Under the pieces are notes generated by a model that was given only the letters and a program-made list of their open reading frames with translations, ran no database searches and was not told the origin of the DNA. From assembly GCA_030704615.1 (NCBI GenBank), contig CM060733.1:53382001-53446000 (forward strand): 64,000 nt of DNA, written 5' to 3'. Each line of letters starts with the position of its first letter. Within the stretch, counting starts at the first letter, position 1. Of the stretch, positions 57,933-64,000 are shown in pieces. The translations under genes and the position numbers were made by a program. Source of the DNA: Takakia lepidozioides. Its lineage: Eukaryota > Plantae > Bryophyta.

Positions 57933-60900
57933 ATGGGGTCCAGCGTATCCACTAATGCAGGTGACTTTTAACATATTCGTGGTACATTGTGCATTACTTT
58001 AGTGTCCCGTGTGTCTGTGGGTGTTCGATCGAGAAGGAATTCTCATGTTGTGTAATCGTTGTGTAAATGGTCACTATGTGGGCACGGTTGAATCACTCAG
58101 TCCCTGCAGCCTCCCACACGTTGGCTGACACTTAGATTTTCTCCAATCGCTCCAATGGGATTTTGCAGTGGCTACAGAGACCAACTGCTTTGTAGTACAC
58201 TCACCCTTCTTGATGTGTGATTGGATTGAGATAGATGTATAGGAACCTTCAGAAGAACACTCTCTCTCATAACAGCTTTTGTTGCACCAAGAGTGAGGCT
58301 TTCACTGTCTTTTGAGACTTCCAAAGTGTGTGAGGGCCCTCAACTGTCCTCTGCTATTATTGAATAAGAACTGGGGGCAGGAAGTGCAGAAGAGCAGGAA
58401 GTAAATGAGTTGGAGCGGCGATTGCAAGCTTCGGGTGACCTGCCTTTTCTGCAGCAGGCCTTCTCTCATCTCTCTGTTTCTGTATCTGGCTCTAGACAAC
58501 AATCCATTCCGTTGCCTACTCTCCAGGCATGTAGTTTTCCTTTCCCCTATAGGTGTCCAGATCATGTATAAGTATTGCTTAAATGGACCTTGCACTGAGG
58601 CTGGGGTGCTCCATGTGGTAGATTGTCATGGACCCCTCCCAAAACCCCTCTACTTGGGATGAATTCTTCTAAGAAGTTTGAGAAATGCCTGGACTTCCTT
58701 GGGATACAAGTGTTGGGCAGGTATTCAAATTCTATAATACCCTCCAGTTCTGGGTAGACATAATCTTGGAATTACTCTTACCCATCTGTAGAGGATAATG
58801 ACGGGTATTCAATTTTCATTACCCACTGGTTTCTATATTGATTGTTCTTTTCAAAGAGCCATTTATCTCATATGCTATAGGTTGGACATCCTACCAGGGT
58901 ATCTATGGTATATATCTGGCAGTCCTCTACAATTGCTGTCTACTGAAAATCTGCTACCCGTGGTATTAATCTATTGATACCTGGGTTGATACCCGACCTA
59001 TAGATACCCTGTCCACCCGATACCCGCCAATACAGGATGCAACCACAGGCATCCTAAGCTGGTCAGAAAAACTAGCCAGCGTAATGTCATTCCAGCGAAT
59101 TGTGAGTTGAACCAGAAGCAGAACAAGAAGATGTATGTATACAGGAAAGAATGGTCTCTGGAAGATGGCATGGATTGCCTCTCCTTCTCCCCACTCACCA
59201 TTTTTGGATGAATGTGTTTGCAGGAGTCTTTTGATCTGGCCCCTCTATATGTCACTGACAACCCCTCTGCTACACATTCTACACTAGCGGTGTTCGTGGC
59301 CCAACTGGGACAGGCCATTACTGGGACATTCTTTGAAACTACAACAGGACAGGTCCGTCTGTTTGCATACTCTAACAAATGGAAATTCGTGGAAACACTA
59401 GAGCTGAAGTCGTTTCACAATGTAAACGAGATGTATCCTTCTTTTCAGGGATTTTTCACAGCAAAGGCCAATCATGACTCTTGTTTTGGAGTCATGATTG
59501 GCATCATCAATTTTAGCGGTTTCGTCAGGTGTCCTTCTCTACTCCTCTACTTGTTTGATTAATTGGCGAAGGGCACTGTTTTTTGTCCTCTTACTGCAGC
59601 AGGTTGATTGGCCCCTTTTCCTTCAAGGGTATGATAAGTGCTGCAAGCAAGGTTTGGGTGCGGTCCGGTTGAAGATCCTGCTGTCTCTTTTTGTAAAAGG
59701 AAGTCTTGATGAGCCACCATTACCCGGGTTACACATCAGAGGTGATGAGGAGCTTACAGGGTCGGTTACCATTAGCCAGATTCAGGACCTCTTGTGGCTT
59801 TGCTGGTTGATGTCGTGTCATGCTAGGCTCCAAGGCTTAAGTGGCTCGACGGGCACCATAGATCAAAAAGTGAGATTTCGAGGACCATTTCTTGGAACCA
59901 AATCATCATTTACCACAATTCTGCCAATTTACTTTCACTTGCTGTTTTTCTAAACTGAAATTACCTCAATAGCAGCTGACTTGTGCTGGAAATTGCTCTG
60001 CAGATTTTGCATGTGTCCCTGCCTGACATCAAGCCCTTGTGTATCTCTTGCTATGTTGCTGCAACGGGGAACTCTGCAGAATTGGCAGCTGATCTGAAGA
60101 GCAAGGAAGAGATCTCAGTTGAGAAATTATGCTCATGGGTACTAGCAACTATTTCGAGCATTTCGGATTGCTTGGCCAAGTATGTCCAGGCTCATCTGCG
60201 TAGGGTAGGCACTGTTACACAGGTAAAAAACTGTTCTAATGTCACTGTCAGTTCTTCCTGTACGAGCTAAGTGGCCAGTAGTTTCCTAAAGGACATTTGC
60301 ATTAGTTTCCACAACCATACCATATGCAAAGTGGAGCTTGTAGAACCAAAACCTGATGAGCAGTTCTAAAAGTATCCAGAGCACGCCCTGAGATCGAGAA
60401 AGTTGTTGGGCACTCACCGCTTCCAACAGTCATACAAGGAAGCCCAGCATATTTAGTGATATATGAGTCGCGTTAGTGGTTTGGGGTAGTTGGATGCCCT
60501 ATTTACAGCTCCAGGGAGGTCAAGAAATCTTCGACGTAAATACTATTGTTCCTGAGCGGAAGACTAAGGAACATGTTATGCACAGGGTCAGAGAGAAGAG
60601 ACGGCTGCCAGTAAAGCTAGCCCACCTGTATATCAGACTGGACAGAAGGAAGGAAAGGAAGACTCAAAGGAAACTGTGAATCCCAAGGATGTGGTGCAGC
60701 CAGGGCTGCTGACATTGGGAACAGCCTGGGCGGTGGGCCTCTCCCAGAGAGATTCCAGTGGGATGCAGCTTGTAAACGCTTCTTGTGACCCGTGGGGGTT
60801 CTCCAACAGCTATCCCAGCCTCATTTACAGGTTGTTCTGTTGTTTCTCAATCCATCTGGTGATTGTTAAGGGAGGTTTGTGAGTATGTGCACTGTGAATA

Positions 60901-62559
60901 CAGGTGTTTCTGTTGGATATGCCTTCACTTCTATATTGAATATATACAGAAGGACAAATGTACATAATCTGATGCAGATTTCATTGGGTGGTCCAGCCAC
61001 AGGTGAACCCAGTCACAGCATCAGGGTACTTTTTATTCAATTTCTTAAAAGGAGCTTTGGAATTTTCAGTTGCACAGTGATTTGTGGGCACATCCATCAT
61101 CTGAGCATTATAAGTCATTAAGACCTGGTCACAAATACAGGAAGAGCCTGTGAGAATGAGCTCAAAATCTCTCTAAAGAGAGTGGAAGTGGTATAGTTGT
61201 TGAATATGACATAGAGTGGTGGAATGACAAATCATTCTCACAAAAGGTTGTGGTTTGACAACCAGGGCTTCTGATCATGGGAGGGGGATGAATCGGTTTT
61301 GGACACGTGTGGAAGGCTATCGTGGGCCAGTGCTCATAATGATAGCAGTCGTGTTTGCAGAGAATAGTGAGAACGAGTTGCTTAAGAAAGACGAAAAATG
61401 TGTGGTTGGGGCAATAGTTTCGGGAGGGTTTGAAAACAAGGAGTTGTTTTATGGTTCCTCCACTTGCTGCCTTCTTTCGGTGGTGCCACAGTTTGCGCCT
61501 TTGCGGTCTACTGGTGTGTCTCTTTCTCTCTCATCCAAGGTCCTTCCAATCTAAGCCTCTTAATCTGTGAGGCTGCTATAGAATAGGAGTTCTGTAACAG
61601 TAATCTCATTGTTTCAAACTAGAGGTTTACTTTTGCCACTATGCTGTGTGAAGTCTATGATTTTGAAGTGGCTTTGGAAACATCTGTTTGTATGGAATTT
61701 CAGGAAAAGAGACAAATTTTGTATATAGCCACAAGCGCACCCCTGGCTCTATCTACAGAACACAACCAAAGCCTGAAGGTATTGGCTTTGGAGGGTCATC
61801 TGGCAAGGAGCGTTTGTGGCTGGATGATGACTTCTCTTGGCTCACAGTGCAGCATCATGCTGTTGACAAAACCTACCAGTCTGGCAGTCTTGTCCCAGGA
61901 CAGGTGTGACATATCCATTGACTTCACCTTAATGTGTTCTACAGCTAGCAAGTACTCTCATTTTTTGAGACGTTTCAAATCTTGAAACGACATATGCTGG
62001 CGTTTGGGAATATCGGAGAAGGTGGGTGCCATTAGAACATCCAGGGTTTGAATTTTGATGCCACCAAATTGCTGTGTGTAGTTTGGGTTATTCTAAATGT
62101 GCATAAGTTTTGGTGGTGTCAGGGCTATGCGCATTTGAAAGGCAAAGTCACAGAGGTGGAGGTGTGGGGACTGGGTGGCGCTGCAGCTGACAAGGGACAG
62201 GCTGTGTACCAGCACCGCGAAAACTTGTTCACTGAGCAGAGGCGAAAGGTTTACAACTTTGCATCTAACTCTTTGATGGACTGTTTTATTTGCTGCTGTT
62301 GATGTATCATATGTTCCTTTTATCACGAAGCTCAGCGTGTTGCAATGGAGGGAGGAGAGTGGACCAAGCCTTACTGCGTATACGATTGACCCAATGTTCA
62401 AAGCATTTCTTTGGAGCTTTTAAATATCTTAATAGTTACCTCTTTTTCCTGCCCTGACAGGTGGATTTGAAGAATTTTGGAAACTGGTCAGACTCCCCTG
62501 AAAAGCTGATGTTGGATATGGTGTCGGACCCTGCCAAAGCTCCACGTGAGGAACGCTGA
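57933..62559 (+). CDS. TLDc-domain protein with N-myristoylation signal (At5g39590-like); exons approx. 57933-57960, 58369-58526, 59224-59352, 59603-59869, 60004-60221, 60585-60829, 61266-61513, 61704-61903, 62123-62248, 62461-62559
   Basis: MGSSVST start; LIYR|ASDHGRGMNRFW..VEGY.GP; GIGFGG...RLWLDDDF; VEVWGLGG; C-terminus NWSDSPEKLMLDM...REER*; consistent splice sites. Confidence 0.9.
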
Positions 62560-63559
62560 TGGTACCCTTTTAGACATGTTCAAGACTGCCAGTGGCAAAT
62601 GTGGCTTCCCTCTCCACTGTGCACCAATCCCTTTCTCCGCAGCAGCCAGACTGAGGGGACCCTTCTACAAGGGTAGCGGCTTCCACCCTCCCATATTCCC
62701 TTTATATGGTACAAGTGCTGGATCTATGGCGACAAGGCTACCCCAAAAAGCATATTATAAGGTACTAGGCGAGTGTTTGTATCATAGTCTACTTAGGTTT
62801 TCAGGTCCCAAAAGGGTTTAGAGTCCAGTTTGCTTCATGATGCTTGTTTGTGATTTCCTTGCATGCGATAGATTGTTTCCCTGCTGAACTAGTGTAACCA
62901 TATTCTCACCCTTTGGTGAACCCGCATAACATGTAACTTCTAGCCCTTGGTGGGAACCATTGGGAAGCTAGCAGGCTACCAGATAGTACCTGCAGCAGGA
63001 GGTCCGTGTCTACTGCCAACATAGCAGTAGTAGATTTTAGTTGTACAAATGCAAAGAATAATGTGGCAGTACACATTTATTCTGTCATGCAAGTCATGCA
63101 CTAATATAACATCATGACATTCTGTTTAATCCTCTCATAGTGAGCTGTTAGTGTCTCTCCTCACTAAACAAATTTTCATTTTTTCTAACAAGTGGTGCTG
63201 ACATTGTCTTTCCATATCCTTTGTTTGGAAGGTTTTTGGTTGCTGTTATAGAAGCGGAATTTAACTGACACACACTGTTGAGGGAAGACCTTGGTAATGG
63301 ATGTCCCTATAAACTCGATCTCAGTAGGTTGAACCATGGAAATGCAAATGGACTCTGCAATTGAATCCTCAATTTAGCAAGTAAACCATGTCCACATGCC
63401 TTTCTCGAACTCAGTTTAACCTTCCAGCAAATTATCTTGAGAACATGATGCTACATATGGCTTAAAGCATGAACTATCTGGAATGCCCCCAAACTGTATC
63501 GATCAATCAGTAAATATCTGGACCACTTTCATGTCGCACTAACCTAAACAGATTCATTA

Positions 63560-64000
63560 GGAATACACGAGAAGTAGGAGAGTCGAGCGAACTGCCTTCT
63601 TGTCATCTCCGCTCCTCACACTCGATATCGTCCTGATAAAACCATGATATCCCCTACCAAATTCCAACCACCTCGTTCTTCAGCTGTGCTGGAAAGATAT
63701 TATTAAGCTCCTACAACAAAAGACGACCAAGCTGCCAAGTGATCTTCTGGATCTTTGGGCCAGTCCTGCACACCATATAATCTCAGGCACATCTTTTGAC
63801 ATCCCTGATTCAGCAGAGCCTGGAAGTCCATGACAGCATCTGCCAAGCAGAAAGCATAAAAGCGAGTTGTTCAACTGTCATAAATGTATAGGAATCCTGA
63901 TTGCAAGCTTCACGTGCACAGAGGACCAGACAGACCTGCCTGCCTCTCACAGCTTGACAGAAGTCATCCGGATCCAAAACGGATGGATGATATTCGTTTA
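63560..64000 (-). other. Possible last exons/3'UTR of a convergent gene entering from the right edge
   Basis: Open frame NEYHPSVLDPDDFCQAVRGRQ followed by a GT...AG intron-like segment; product not recognised. Confidence 0.25.

Overview
Nuclear DNA of a land plant, most likely a bryophyte or other seed-free lineage (inferred from the PLS-DYW protein style and TE content). Host genes: a PLS-E-DYW RNA-editing factor (13.3-15.9 kb, -), a divergent pair of small heat-shock genes with a shared HSE promoter (52.9-55.1 kb), an intronless Maf-like gene, a 10-exon TLDc-domain gene, and probable partial genes at both window edges. Most of the rest is nested mobile DNA: tRNA-derived SINEs, a hAT MITE with an 8-bp TSD, pogo/LINE/gag fragments, a 13-kb Ty3/Gypsy element with three or four extra ORFs, and a MULE with a 9-bp TSD inserted in a Helitron-like repeat. 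The most unusual part is ~19.8-32.4 kb, a large decayed multi-gene DNA transposon. It has a Sola-like DDE transposase with En/Spm-Tnp1-like N-terminal domains on the - strand. Divergently on the + strand it has a Pol II CTD-like SPxY-repeat ORF and a spliced gene that appears to fuse a ParB/Srx-like domain to a degenerate beta-class N4/N6 DNA methyltransferase fold. Eight copies of a 24-26 bp palindrome (GAACCTCCACTGNNCAGTGGAGGTTC) lie across this element and I saw no full copy elsewhere in the window, suggesting a parS-like or transposase-binding site system. All domain calls are from motif recognition by eye and need HMM or structure confirmation.
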